Assembly (NCBI GenBank): GCA_051362555.1
Contig: CM120641.1
Location: forward strand, 21,142,001 to 21,206,000
Length of the DNA stretch: 64,000 nucleotides
Source of the DNA: Lingula anatina
Taxonomy: Eukaryota > Animalia > Brachiopoda
Direction of reading: 5' to 3'
A program made the position numbers and the translations under genes. Positions 11,401-60,897 of the stretch are shown one piece after another. Numbering within the stretch: position 1 is the stretch's first letter; each line of letters opens with the position of its first letter. The notes under the pieces are model-generated. The model did no database searches. It had not been told where the DNA came from and saw only the letters and a list, made by a program, of their open reading frames with translations.

Positions 11401-14400
11401 AATGGTTACAGGAGAGAGATCCGAAAAAAAGGCCCAACACCAGAACACGGGTAACATATAGATTCTCATCAATGGATAAATAATGACCTTGAAATTCATG
11501 AAAAAAAGATGACCCACATAAAGAATTCACATCTAGACTATCGGTGTGTGCTGTAAAGTTAGTGCACGGTCACTCTGTTTGTCTGGAAGAGAAGCAGTTT
11601 TATGGGTTTGCAAATGGGAATTCATTAAATGTGTCATTTAGTATTTGGTGAAGTTTGTATGGAAAACCACAAAGGGCTATTGTATGGAATGTAAGGTAGC
11701 CATGTTGGCATAGGGCAGACACCAAGTGGATGACATGATTTGAAAAATATTTCTTTTCTTTACAGAAAGCTATTAAAAAATCCAATGAGACAACATTAGA
11801 GAAACCACGTATGCCTTCGAAGAAAGCACTTCTGGAAATAGAAAGGAGGCGACAGAAGGTTTGTTGATTATGAAACCTTGGTAGTGATGTTTGGAATTTC
11901 ACATAGCATTTTATATTTTTATTAAAACAATGTTTCAATTAACACTTAAAAACTGTTGTCATGAATGCTGTAATATCATATTATTTTCTTAAAATATAAT
12001 TTACAACTTTCAAGTGATAGCAGTTTTTTTAAATGGACACTAAAAATCCTACATTTTTTGAACTTTCAAAATTATTTCAGGAAGCTGAAAAAATTGGACA
12101 AGAAATCAAGGCAAGCAATGAACAGTATCTCTTAAAGGAGCAAGAGAAAGAGACTGAGAAAGTTAAACAGAAAAAAGAAACCCAGTAAGAAAGTGTAACA
12201 TGCTGTTTATGATAGATATGGATGATATATCATCTTTATGCATGAATTCAAAAAGTAGTCAATTTGTATAAGATAATCGTAAATGAAGGTGAAACAGCAA
12301 GGTGTCATATGGATTATTAATAGTGTTAGTATGGCACTGAAATGGTCAGTTAATGGTCAGTTCACTATATACAACCAAGGAAGTTCCCAGGTTTGACAGT
12401 CTCTGTACCTCTGTTTCCTGGCTTCTCTGACTGAGAGAATGGAATGACCCCTGGGCACCTGTTCTCACTATATAATCTCCTCCCACACTGGATCTTCTGT
12501 GTAGTTGCTTAAACTCATGAACAGCTAACAGAAAGTCTTCCTGGACAGCATTTGCATTTGATGATAACTAACTAACAGAATCCATAAATTCTGAATGTTA
12601 TATATGATTACAATTTATATGGCCTTGTGCCAGTTTCAAGATTTATCCACTGGATTTTTTCAGAGTAAGAGACAAACTTGACCCAGCTAAAGTCAGCTGT
12701 CAGGATGAGCCTAAAAGGCCAGTGCAAAGACCAAGTGTCGAGAATACAGAGGTTAAAAAGAGGGAAAGCCGTAAAAAGCAAAAAGAGAAGGTAAACTCTG
12801 CTATTTAGAGTTTTATTTTGGCAGATTGAGCATATTATCTCTTGTGTCTGCATTTATAGTCCTTAGCCACACAAGAACATTTTCAGTAAGTTTACTGTGA
12901 TTTTGAGCTAACTAACATTTTAACAGTATAATTTAGTACTCTGAATGTACCTTTGACTGATATTCTACTGTTTTCATGTGAAGAAAAAACAATTAAAAGT
13001 GGAAGCAGAGAGCAACCTAGAGCAACTGCGCCTGTCTGTGAAAGAGTCACATTTTAAAAGCAACAAACCAAAGCCTGTTCCCCCACCCACCTCTCCCAGT
13101 AAACTTCAGATTGTGGATGTTGTTGTCAGCTCTAAAACAGTTACCCCAGGTACGTTTGTGCCAAAAGACATCCACTCAGAGAGGGACATGCATCTGAAAG
13201 ATTTTCTTGAGAAGGCAAAAGGATACAGAAGACAGAGTTATGTCCATGTTGAAGAAAAATTGAAGATGCCAACTCAACCCCTTTCACAAAAAGAAGATTG
13301 GGGTGCTGAATTGGAAGCCAAGGTTTGTTCAAATGTTTGACTTGAGAAATAAAGTATTTGTAAAAATACTTGACCAAAGGAGGGATAAGAACATGTCCCA
13401 TTTTTTGGTAAAAGAATAATATTGTTGAAACTCAAAAGCCATCTTAAGCTTAACAATTTGAATAGAAAGAAATTGTATAAGGAAATGCAATTGCCTGGTG
13501 ACATTATTTATCTTTCCTAAAAACTGCCTCATCCAAGCAAATACAAGTAAATTAGCACCACCAGCATGAGCATTGGTGGTACTCATGGTTTTATTCCTGA
13601 AATACATACCACAGTAAACATTTTAAGAAATATAACTTCTAGGATCATACAGCCAGTATATCTGCCAATGAATCGAGAAAAAACAACACACAAAACGTGT
13701 TGCTAGGCAAACATCTCCAACAGTACCATGAGTGGGTGGAAACTCGGCCCAAACGCCACACGGAACAGCAGATACGCCAAGAAAAATGGCGGCTGGAGAG
13801 GGAAGAGTCTAAAGCACACCAGGAGGAACTGGATAGGTTGAGGGCAGAAAAGGAGGTAAAATTTGACTTTGAGAAGAATGATAATAAATTGTTACAATTT
13901 TTGGCTATTCCTTTTTTCATCCACACAATTATATTATATTGTTGCAAACAAATTACCTTTGTCACGGCTGTTAATACATGAAAAAAATGTTAATATAGTT
14001 GCTCATAATTCCTGTTCAGTGCTTTTTAACCAATCTGTAAACTTGAAATTAACTGTTTCATCACAGATTTTAATTTCACATAAAGTAAAAGTGTGAGAAA
14101 CAAAAGAGGTCAACATGTGGAGCTTGTTTTTCAGGCTGAATTCTACAAAGTTCTTGGCAATCTCAAACAGAAAGAACAGCAGAAAGAATGTGAAAATACA
14201 GCACAACAGCAGCAAGGGTTCCTTACCACCACTGTGTACAGGAAGGCTGACTTTGCTGACACCAGCCAGGATGGGTTTGGAGGGGCAAGGAAGAAAGAGA
14301 AAAAAGAAAAGTAAGGAAGACTGTTTTTTTATAGAAACCTCAATGCATTGAGAAAAGTATCATTTGTTTGAAAAATCTTATTTGGGGAAGATGAAAAGCC

Positions 14401-17400
14401 TGAGAAAAGCAACTGCAAATTGAAGTGTTTCCAAGTCCCAGATGAATGTAGAATGTGGCTCATGGTTTTTAACATTCTTCCCTGTAGTGCTCTAGATCTT
14501 TAATGTGTATTTAAGGTCACAATTGAGGACTAAGGGCAAAAACTCACATTGGAAACCATTGGATACATCATATAGAGAGGACTCCAGTTGTCCAGAGGAT
14601 ATGTACACCTACTCAGAAGAACAAGGCAGTGTTTGGGAGTCTGAAAAGAAAGGTACAATTGTGACTGTGAAGATAATTTGACAATACAAAATTATAGAAT
14701 GTAAAGTGAAAAATAATTTTGGAGACTGTGTATCAAAGGGAAAAGACATTGGACATTTAGGAAAAGTATTTCAGACAACTTTCTAATTTCATAACACATG
14801 TTTTGCACCAACAAAAAGCAAAATTTTCTTTAAATATTATGTGAAAAGCAATTATTGAAGCTTATATCATTCCAATATACTTCAGATTTATTTCTTAGAG
14901 CTTGAAAGTAGTAGATTGATAAATATTGTGTGTATGAAATATTCACAGACCCATGGCAACAGCAAACCGCTTCCTCCATGTTTGTACCAAATACCAACTA
15001 CTGGGAAGAGAGAAAAAGGAAACAGTCAGTCGTGAGTGAGTTGCAGCCAAAGAGTCAAACAGAAGAAGCAGAGATGCTGATGAAGGCCCTGGCACTGAGC
15101 TTGCAGACAGCTAGGATGGAGGAGGAAGAGGCATGGCATAGGTATGAGGGACATGGACAGAAGGCTGAGCTTGATAAGAAGAAAGAATTAGAACCAGGGT
15201 ATGTTGATGATGAGAGTAGGTGAGGTCAATCTGGGTGAAAAATTGTGTTATGAAATATTTTGATTTATTTTTTCATCCAATTTTCTGGAATAATAACCAA
15301 ATTCAGAATAGAGGTTTGAATTGAAGCTGTATGTGTTTTTAATTGAAACTGTGCATTTTTGACATTTTGTCACTTCTTATCTTGCTGAAAATGATTTAAA
15401 AACTGCTTGTTTTTCTAATGCACTTGCAATATGATTTATTTTAGTGAAAAACAGCAAACATGTGGTCCAGCTGTGATATTCCATGAAAGGAGACACATCT
15501 CTTATTATAGAGAAGGTACGACAACATAATATTTGACCACATTTGTAATGATTCTTTCTTTTGTCATCCTTGGTGTCTTTATTTTCCAGGTTTAAGCATT
15601 TTCTTAGTGTGATGGTTAGTGGAAAGCTGTTTAAGTAAGGTTGCATTGTTTTCAAGTTCAGATAGTGTTGTACCTGTATATTTTGCCATTATCATAAGTC
15701 TCTCACTTGGCTGTTGTCATGCAGAATTTTTTTTTTTTTTTTACCAAGATACCTTTTAAAACGGAGCAACTTGTCTTTTTGAAACTGCTGAATGACCCTG
15801 GTGGGCTAAAAATACAGGCTTAATTCAAAATTTGAAATTTTTTGTGATGCTTTTATTTTTATTTTTTTGTCCTTGTATTTAAGCCTATATATTGCTGTAT
15901 TATATAGACCTTCACAGCAATGTTACGTTTTGTTAAACGTTTCAACTATATTTATTTATATATTATTTATTTATTTATTGTAATTCAGATCAGACTGGTG
16001 AGCAGGAGCATTTTCAAGGGCAAAGCTATGAAGCTGATATAAACAAAACAGCGACTGAGAAAGTGGACTTTAAAGCTGCATTGGTCAACCATGATTCACT
16101 GCCACCTTTTAGACATGGTCTTACCAAAAAATTAAGCAGGTATAATTTTTTGAATTAGTTGGTGACATAAAGATTTCTTTAAAAATATTTCATTGGGTAA
16201 ATGAGATTGTCTGAATAATATGGAAAAAAACGATAGTGTTTTACAACATTGTCTCGGGAAAGATAATTCATATGACTTAAAAATTTTCTTCTTTCAGTGA
16301 TGAAGATGGTGCCTGTGCTGCAGCCGCCTGGCAGGATACAGATCTGAATAATGCCCAGCCAATCTTGATGCAGTCCAACTACCCGGATAGGTCAACTTGT
16401 CCAGAGAACCAACCAGGAGTTAACTTGGCTGCAGATATAAGGCAACCTAAATCCTCACATAGTGCTTCTGTATACACAGGCAGTTACAATATCATTGAAC
16501 CCACAGAAGATTGGGAGACTGAAATTGTTGATGTTCAGTATGATTGTGGAAATAACACAGGTTAGTAATAGCATTTTTTTATGAGATGATGTTAAATGTT
16601 TGCATTTTAATGTATGGTCAAGGATTTAATGAAGGGTGTTAAGTTGTTTGTGACCAGTAGTATGTAGTACCGTTCATGATTTTTTAGGGGGGAATTTAAA
16701 CGACAGATTTTTGTATCAAGTTGTTACTATAAGATCTCTCTTTTGTTTCTGACAGCATTTCCCCAAAATGAAGAGTTTAAAGGGATTGATGAGTTACCAG
16801 TGGCACAAGGATCCTATGATGGTTCTTCCAGTACTGTGTTAGAACACGTCTCTCTCAGGCACAGCACACATTATGTTAACAGGTCTAGTCCTGAAAACAT
16901 TTCAGCACCATCTGCAGCAGATTATAGTGTTGCTCCTACACTCCAAAATCTTGAGAAACAAATGGATCCATTGAAGACTGCTTCTCCAAATCAGTCAGAT
17001 GGTGGCCCTGCTGAACTTCATCAAAAAATCTTTGGGCATTCTGGAGATTTGAATAAAACAAGGGAGACAATGGGATCTATTGTATCAGATACACCATTGG
17101 AAGTTGTGCCAGATACAGATGTGTCCTTTTGTAACTCAGATTCTTTGTCCTTGACTGATATTTTTTCATCGGATCTGGGGAATGTTTCACAGTTCAAGAA
17201 ACAAGAAGGATCTGTTACTGACAGAAACAACAATGGAGACGTGCAGGTTCAACAAAAAGATGTGATGAATCCATTTGGTGATGGGGAAAGACAGCAAGAA
17301 GATTGTCAAGTAGACCCCAACCTCAAAGATGAGACATTTGCCATAAAAGTGACTTCTGATTCATCTCCTTGTGTTCAACAAAACATCTGCCAAGAAGAAA

Positions 17401-19303
17401 AGTCTAAAAGTGAGCTGTTACTGGGAGAGGATAATCCATCGACTTCTGCAGATGTTCAGCGAGTGTTGAGCACTGAAAGTGGCAAAGACAGTAATCTTGC
17501 GGAAAGTCAGCTCCTTGATTCTCTAATGAAAACCTTGCCTCCACTTCCCATGCCATGGTTGCCCCCTGTAATGCCTAATATGCCAACAATGCCAATACCA
17601 GCCATGCCCATGCCATCTATGCCCATGCCAGCTATGCCTATGCCAACTTTAATGGGCATGTTCCCACTTGCAGGTGTACCACCAATGTTTGGCCCTTGTC
17701 TTCCAAACAATTTCTCACAGGAATTTTACCTCCAGCATCTAGCAGCAGCTGCTGCTGCTCAGTTGAGCAAATATGATGCCAACAAGGTTATTAATGGTGC
17801 TGAGGGTAAACAGCAGGTAAATGGTGAATCTGCAAAGTTGGAAAATGAAAGTTCATACACTGATGCTGAAGATCCGAACTTAGACAACAAACAATCCACA
17901 ACTGAAATTACTCAGCACCAACCAGAGCAAAATTTGAGTAGCTCAGTAGCATCTCAGGAAGAAAAACATAATATTTCTTTGAAGTCTCAGAAGATTTTAT
18001 CAGCCATACACCCAGAAGACAAATACATGGAAGGAAAATCTACAAATCAAGAAACAGGATATAGAAATATTGAGAGGAAATTGTCTAGTTCTAACCCAGA
18101 GAACACGCCTTTGTATCAGTTTGACAATCCGTTGTATCAGTTAAACAGTAACCAAAACAATTCATCACTCAAAAGGCAACTTATACCAGAAGTAGGAGAA
18201 GGTGATTCAAAATTTAAAAAGGGCAGCAGTAAAACTGGTACACCTTCAAGTATAGACAGTTTGGAAGATATTGATGACCTAGAAGGACCTCTAACAACTA
18301 TGATCATTCATCGTAAGCCGAAGTCTGCTTTTGGTCCAGAAAGACATCAACCTGCTATAGCACCACAACCATCAGGTAGCCATACCTCCACTGAGAAGTT
18401 GAATGATAACAGAATGGGACAACCATCTGGGTTTAGCAAGGGGGGTGTTTGGCCAAGGCATGGACCAGAACAGAATGAGTACAGGTTTGACTTGAAGCAA
18501 AATAAAGATATGTCGGTGCAGCTCAAGAAACCCACACCCCTGCCAAACCAAGGGATGACTTATAATACCAAGAGAAACCCTATGAAAGATTTTGTTGTTC
18601 CATCTTCTGAAGACTGGGAGAATGAAACATTTGATGTAGATTTTACCCAAGTGGGTCACACTTTGCAGTCTGCTAATCTAACATATAGTGACAGTAATAG
18701 ATTTAGTGGTGAAAGTTCTGGGAGCAAACTGTCAAACATAACAGCAGCCCGAGGGACATTACAGCAGAGAGATATAGATTCCAGAGAGCATTATGGTTAT
18801 GATAGAAGAGACAGCCACCCTGAGAAGTCTCATAGAATCAAAACATTTAAGGTAGTTGAGAAGTTAGTTTCATTGGATATGTACATAGGTTTATTGCAGA
18901 AGATTTATAAAAATTATATTCATATATTTTGGAATCTTTTTGAAGTTTTTGTGTAAATCCCATGTGGGCATCAACACTACAGAAGCCGTTTTCTGATGCG
19001 ATCGTCAGTCCCTACTGGCTATATGGTCTTATGTTAGTAAATGTACGTTTAGAGGCGATTTTTTTTTGGGGGGGAAGGGGGGGCATCATGGTTAACATCA
19101 GGAGAAACTGTGAAGATTACATCTGAAAGTCTCAATATTTAAGGGGGAAAAAAAGAAAAAATTTAAACAAATATATACATTTTGTCATAAAATTCACACT
19201 TGTATATATATTTATATTACAGTTCAGCAGCTATGGCTCTGGCCGAGGATTTGCAAGAACTCCAGTGGCAAGGCATGACGCTTCTAGGGAGAGACCTTGG
19301 TAA
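6815..19303 (+). CDS. Large DnaJ/J-domain (class C-like) protein with CxxCxxC, UIM and long low-complexity tail; 19 exons, about 1506 aa
   Basis: Exons 6815-6884, 8052-8104, 9222-9300, 9675-9766, 10597-10642, 10850-10935, 11185-11232, 11766-11858, 12081-12184, 12664-12790, 12984-13322, 13643-13855, 14135-14310, 14516-14652, 14949-15215, 15989-16139, 16298-16560, 16756-18851, 19223-19303 splice in phase (4521 nt). The N-terminus [53 protein letters not shown] is a canonical J-domain with HPD. The junctions at 14516 and 15215 are the least certain. Confidence 0.85.
7551..7775. mobile_element. MITE family B (imperfect foldback, PIF/Harbinger-like)
   Basis: Termini GACTGCATTCCCACAGA...TCTGTGGGAACCTAGTC flanked by (T)TAA/TTA(A); highly similar to 8766-8991. 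Confidence 0.75.
8414..8463. repeat. (TA)n microsatellite
   Basis: Directly visible. Confidence 0.95.
8766..8991. mobile_element. MITE family B copy
   Basis: GAGGCCGTTCCCATAGA...TCTGTGGGAACCCAGTC with TAA on both sides (3-bp TSD). Confidence 0.75.
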
Positions 19304-22300
19304 CAAGTCCAGGAACAAAAGACATTTGAACAGAAAATTTTTCTGGAACACTGGTATATAGGGGCATTTCTGTTGAATCCCACGTGCTGTAAAAGTGGCT
19401 GTTTGAATCATCAGAACAATATTGTAGAGAATGTTTTTAATTAAAGGGATTATTTTGAAAATTGAAATTTCAGTGCAAGGTAGGGTAGTATAGTTAACAT
19501 CAAAACTTGTCAAACAGATTCATTTAAGGCCACATCTGTGTGTAATAAATAAAATTGTCAGTCACAACTTTTAAATTTCTGTGCAACTTCTTGATGTGCC
19601 TTTAGATTTTAATTTTCTCGTTTTGGGATAGTGATAGGCCCAAATTCTGTATGAGTAATATAGTGTTTATACTGTGTTTTATGGTTTAGGATTTATAAGT
19701 TGAGAACAATGGAATATTTTAGTATTTCAAACATTCCACCATCTCCAGTTTCTTGATTTTGAGTAAATGTAGGAATATTATAGATTTCTGGTATTTATTT
19801 AGGAATGTAGAAATAAAATATTTTAAGTGAAATCACTTTGATTGAGGTCTGTTTTAAATTGATATACTAGAGCTAGAGCCTTCAAGAGGAGTTGATACCT
19901 CCCTTCCAAATACCACCAGCCACTGATATGTAGTTCATATAATTGGACGATTTTCAAATTGCACCTTGAATTAATGTCGAGTGTCTCAGAAAGGTCACGG
20001 TTTCCAGTAACGTTGAAATGGGGGAAATAGAAATAAGTCTGAAACAAATGTCTTGTTACAAAGCGGGCACAATACTTAATTTTATTGGACTTCATGTACT
20101 ACTTGCTTGCCAAAGGTTGACGAACCTCAGCACAAGCCAGCTAGGGCATAAAAACTCCTAAATCTCTTTTTAAAACCCATTTATTCCATAAAAGCTTTCA
20201 TATGACAACTGCAATATATTTGTCATGACACACTGGGATAAAATCATTTACCCTAATTCCACTCAGTCTTAGAAATAAGAATATATATATATATAACTCA
20301 TGTACTTGGTACTTATCAATGAAAAACGTGCTAATACAGTAGATAAAGAAGGTTGCCTTTGAAATGAAATACATTTTTTTTTTACAGTTGAACAGCACAG
20401 CTGCCATAGAAAAATTGTGCACATATTTACAAAAATGCCCTTGGAGCAATTTGTATTAAATCAGAATATCAGATAACAATAAAACTTCTTAACAAGTTCA
20501 GGTATCTTTAACTAACAGTAATATTAGATTGGGTGTTGGTGCATAACAATTGACTTTGATTGACAGTAGTTAGCTCTCAATTTAGATATATTCCAATAAA
20601 TTGCATAAAGATAGAACTCCACTGCGCTGGTAATTTCTCTGATAATTTGAATTGTCAAATTGGCCACTTCCAAAACCTAATACTATTGTCTCGCCTGATG
20701 CAACTAGCTATTGGCTTGCATTATCAAGTAGATCTAAAAGATCAATGGCTGTATACTTTTAAGCTTTACTTCCACGTGTAAATTAAAAACAAAAGCCAGT
20801 AGTACAGTGTGTAAAGTACAAATGAATGTGAAACAATCTTATAATCATTCTCCTTTATGGCAAAAAAAGATTGATAAGCAATGTACGTAAATAACTGGTA
20901 CTTCTAAATCCTTCATAAAATAAATTCAGAAGGTGAGTGATAGGCTGTATAATAACTTGTATGGCACAGAATAATTTATACAAATCTAGAAAAAATGGGA
21001 ACTGACATTCACCAGAGTATATGGGATAGAGAATAAAAACTGAAAATAGTTTTTAAAAGTCTTGAATAGCAGTAGTTTTTCTGTTTGCCTACCTAATTAA
21101 TAAATTCTTACAGTACCTTTCCGTCCACATCATACTGTGATAAAAAATTCCATTGTGTACATAAAAACAAAATGCAGATTGTGTCTTGGAAAGTCTGTTA
21201 ACTTTTTGTAAACCATGTACACAAGAACATTTCACCATGATGTGCTACATTAAATTCTTAAAACAGTTCAGGATTTCAAATCCTGTTAAAAGTATACTAA
21301 AATAAATCTACAGAATAGTGATTCTGAAACCAATTTCTTATTGCTACACTACCCACTTCACGGATTTCACAATTCAAATAACAATTGAATAATAAAACAA
21401 TTTGTAATATCAGAATATAACGAAACTTGAAATTAACCATGATACCCAATATTCCAATGACCGATGCTTTCTCACTGGACATTTCCAATGTCTCTATAGT
21501 TCAATATACACATTGCGTTAAGTTTTTCAAACGTTATTCTACAATATTTATATTTAATGCAACACAGCACACATTTGATATAGGCAGGCCACAGCTTTTT
21601 CTCTTTTCACTTTATTAGGTTTGTGAAGTACTTTGAATAGGCAGTGAGACTGCCATATATACAGACAAAAAATTTGCCAGACAGTTAGGATAATGGCATG
21701 GACAGACACAGGTGATTAGATTATGTACAAAGTGTCTTTACACACAAAAAAAATGTATGATGAAAAAAGTTCATGCTTTCAGATAAATTATATTTCAATT
21801 TAGTAATGAAAGTAATATTAACTAAAAGAAAAATTATGATATTCTGGAACTAACTTACACTTTCAATTATATTATCTAATATCAAAAAACAGTTTTGAAA
21901 AGATTTGGATCCAGAATCGAGTGTGAGTGGATTTTTTTTACCAATCCTCTATATTTACAAAATGTACAAACAAATGTGTTGGCAATATCAGAAAATGTAA
22001 CACAAAAGAAGTAACAACAAAACAAATTAAAACCAACTGAGCAAAACTGAAGTGATTTTATACACAGCAGTTAAGTCTTCAGATGGGAGAGAAAATCAAC
22101 AAACAGCATTTTGTTTTAGTGCAAAAAATAAATAAAAAAAATAAATAAAGCTTCTACATCCTTGAAAGTTGCTAGTAAACAAAAATATTATAGCATGTTA
22201 ATGATGTGCTGTTACAAAAAATATTATAGAAATATGAAACTCATTTGTACACCATTTCCATAAACCTTCACATACTCTTAACAATTTGTTAAGTATCACA

Positions 22301-22579
22301 TTCACTAAATGCCATTAGTCTTTAAATCCGCCCCCCCCCCCCTCCCCCCAAACCCCCAACCCACCGGGATACACCTTCCATAACCTTTGTATATGACCAT
22401 GACTGTCTTCATTATAATCCTACAACTTGGGAGAGTTGCTATATACATTTAGGAGGAAAAAATATTAAAATTCCTTTTTTTTTTCAAAATTTATTATGTA
22501 CAAGTCAAATCTGTGGTTTTCAATGAGTATTCCTGTTGGGTAATCAACATTTTTCTTGATGTCCCTGACACATTTTTTG

Positions 22580-59312
<36,733 letters not shown>

Positions 59313-59742
59313 TATAGAAAATATCTTGCTCTTCGCAGTAAATACCAAGCGTTGTTTGTCTCAGTGCAGTTGCACTGTGAGGGTCGTAGACTTAGTAAAA
59401 TCGGGTCATGTCAGGTCAAGTCACGTGCTCCTTAACAGAAGCGTGTCAGCGTGACCCTGTGTTACCTCAAAAGAATAATTTTATGCTTTCACAATTCTTG
59501 CTTAGTTTGCAACTACTTAAGTATCAGTCACTTCTGTTTTGAACATTTTAAACGGAAGAAACGTCACTTACTCAGGTATCTTTTAAAATTACAAAAGAAA
59601 TACTTTTGAGTGGTTTGTCTTGAATCATCGCGCCATCTTCAGTTGCCCAATGCAGTTGCATGATGAAAACATGTTGGGAGATACAGATAAGTATCTGAAC
59701 AGTGAAATAATGTAGTAAATAAATATTTTTAAGCAGCGGAAG
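59313..59742. promoter_or_regulatory. Putative bidirectional promoter shared by the bHLH-PAS gene and GCN2
   Basis: Divergent start codons about 430 bp apart in a locally CpG-enriched region. Motifs: GGGTCA-tgtc-AGGTCA (DR4) 59403-59418, E-box CACGTG 59422-59427, GCGTG cores at 59441 and 59449, YY1-like AAGATGGC on both strands (59632-59639 minus, 59740-59747 plus), TGATGAAAA 59661-59669. Confidence 0.6.
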
Positions 59743-60799
59743 ATGGCCGCTTTGGAGGAATCTCTGACGGAGCGACAGGAAAATGAGCTGCAAGTATGCA
59801 ACTTGTTACTGGCTTTGCCTTTATCGAACGTTTTCTTACTGAATGGTTGGAGATAATATTATTGAACTTCTGTAAAGACGGAATTAAACTCGATCAGATA
59901 TAAATATATATCATTCCAATATATGCAATTTCATATATGCATTGTTATGTGTAGATCGCTAAAATATATGGCGCACAAAGTGTTTGAAATCGGAAGTGCA
60001 CTTTTCCATCTCCACGTTTTTACCTTAACAATGTCAATGATTTTTTTAATTGAGAGTCTGAAAGATATAAAGAAACTTTGGTGGGAATGGCTTTCATTTG
60101 TGGCTACTACTCTTGGTAGGAACATCTCAGTTTTCTCGCAGCCTCACACATTAACATTTATTATGTCATGTGCTGTTGAAAAAAGAAACAATGACCTAGT
60201 CCCTGATTGAAAAGAAGTTTTGCATAAAGACATTATAGCAATATTGTATTTTCTAAGGCAACACTCTTGTGATAACATTATTAATTTTCTTTTCTTGTTT
60301 TCCTTATCTAATTGATGTTGTTTGTTAAACGAAAAATATCTCAAAATATGAAAGAAAGCAGAGTCAATATACATATGGTTATTTTAGGTGTTGCAGGCTG
60401 TTTTTATGGAAGATTTCAAGGACTGCAGGACAAAAGATGCTTGGAAGGTAATAGACCAGCATTGAATACAAATTGGTTTATAATACTGATATAACAAAGA
60501 TATCAAGTAATAAAATAAAATGAAACTTATAAATATATGTCAATGTTAAACTTGTTTGTTAAAGTGAAGTTTAAAAACATCCCATATAACTTTTTTAAAA
60601 TCAGATATTGTTAAAATTGTATTTTATCATACATATAGTTGCAAAAAGCTTCTTGAAAACTTTCCAGTCATGTTTTCATGTGTAAATATGCATAAACCAT
60701 ACATATATAATACAAATACAATACTTGTATGAATGCATGCACATTTGTGTACCCACACACATGCGTGTGCACACACCCAGGCATACATACTCCCCATAC

Positions 60800-60897
<98 letters not shown>

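Noticed and set aside
15999-16001. TGA in the J-protein as selenocysteine or readthrough
   Set aside because: It arises only with the alternative donor; the 15215/15216 donor keeps an open frame and no SECIS was recognised.
17021-18659. Antisense ORFs over the large J-protein exon (and plus-strand ORFs over bHLH-PAS exons 27263-29817)
   Set aside because: They are shadow ORFs of real coding exons with no independent protein features.
59355-59385. CAGTGC loop near the bHLH-PAS 5' end as an iron-responsive element
   Set aside because: On neither strand is the CAGUGN loop closed by a 5-bp stem with a bulged C.
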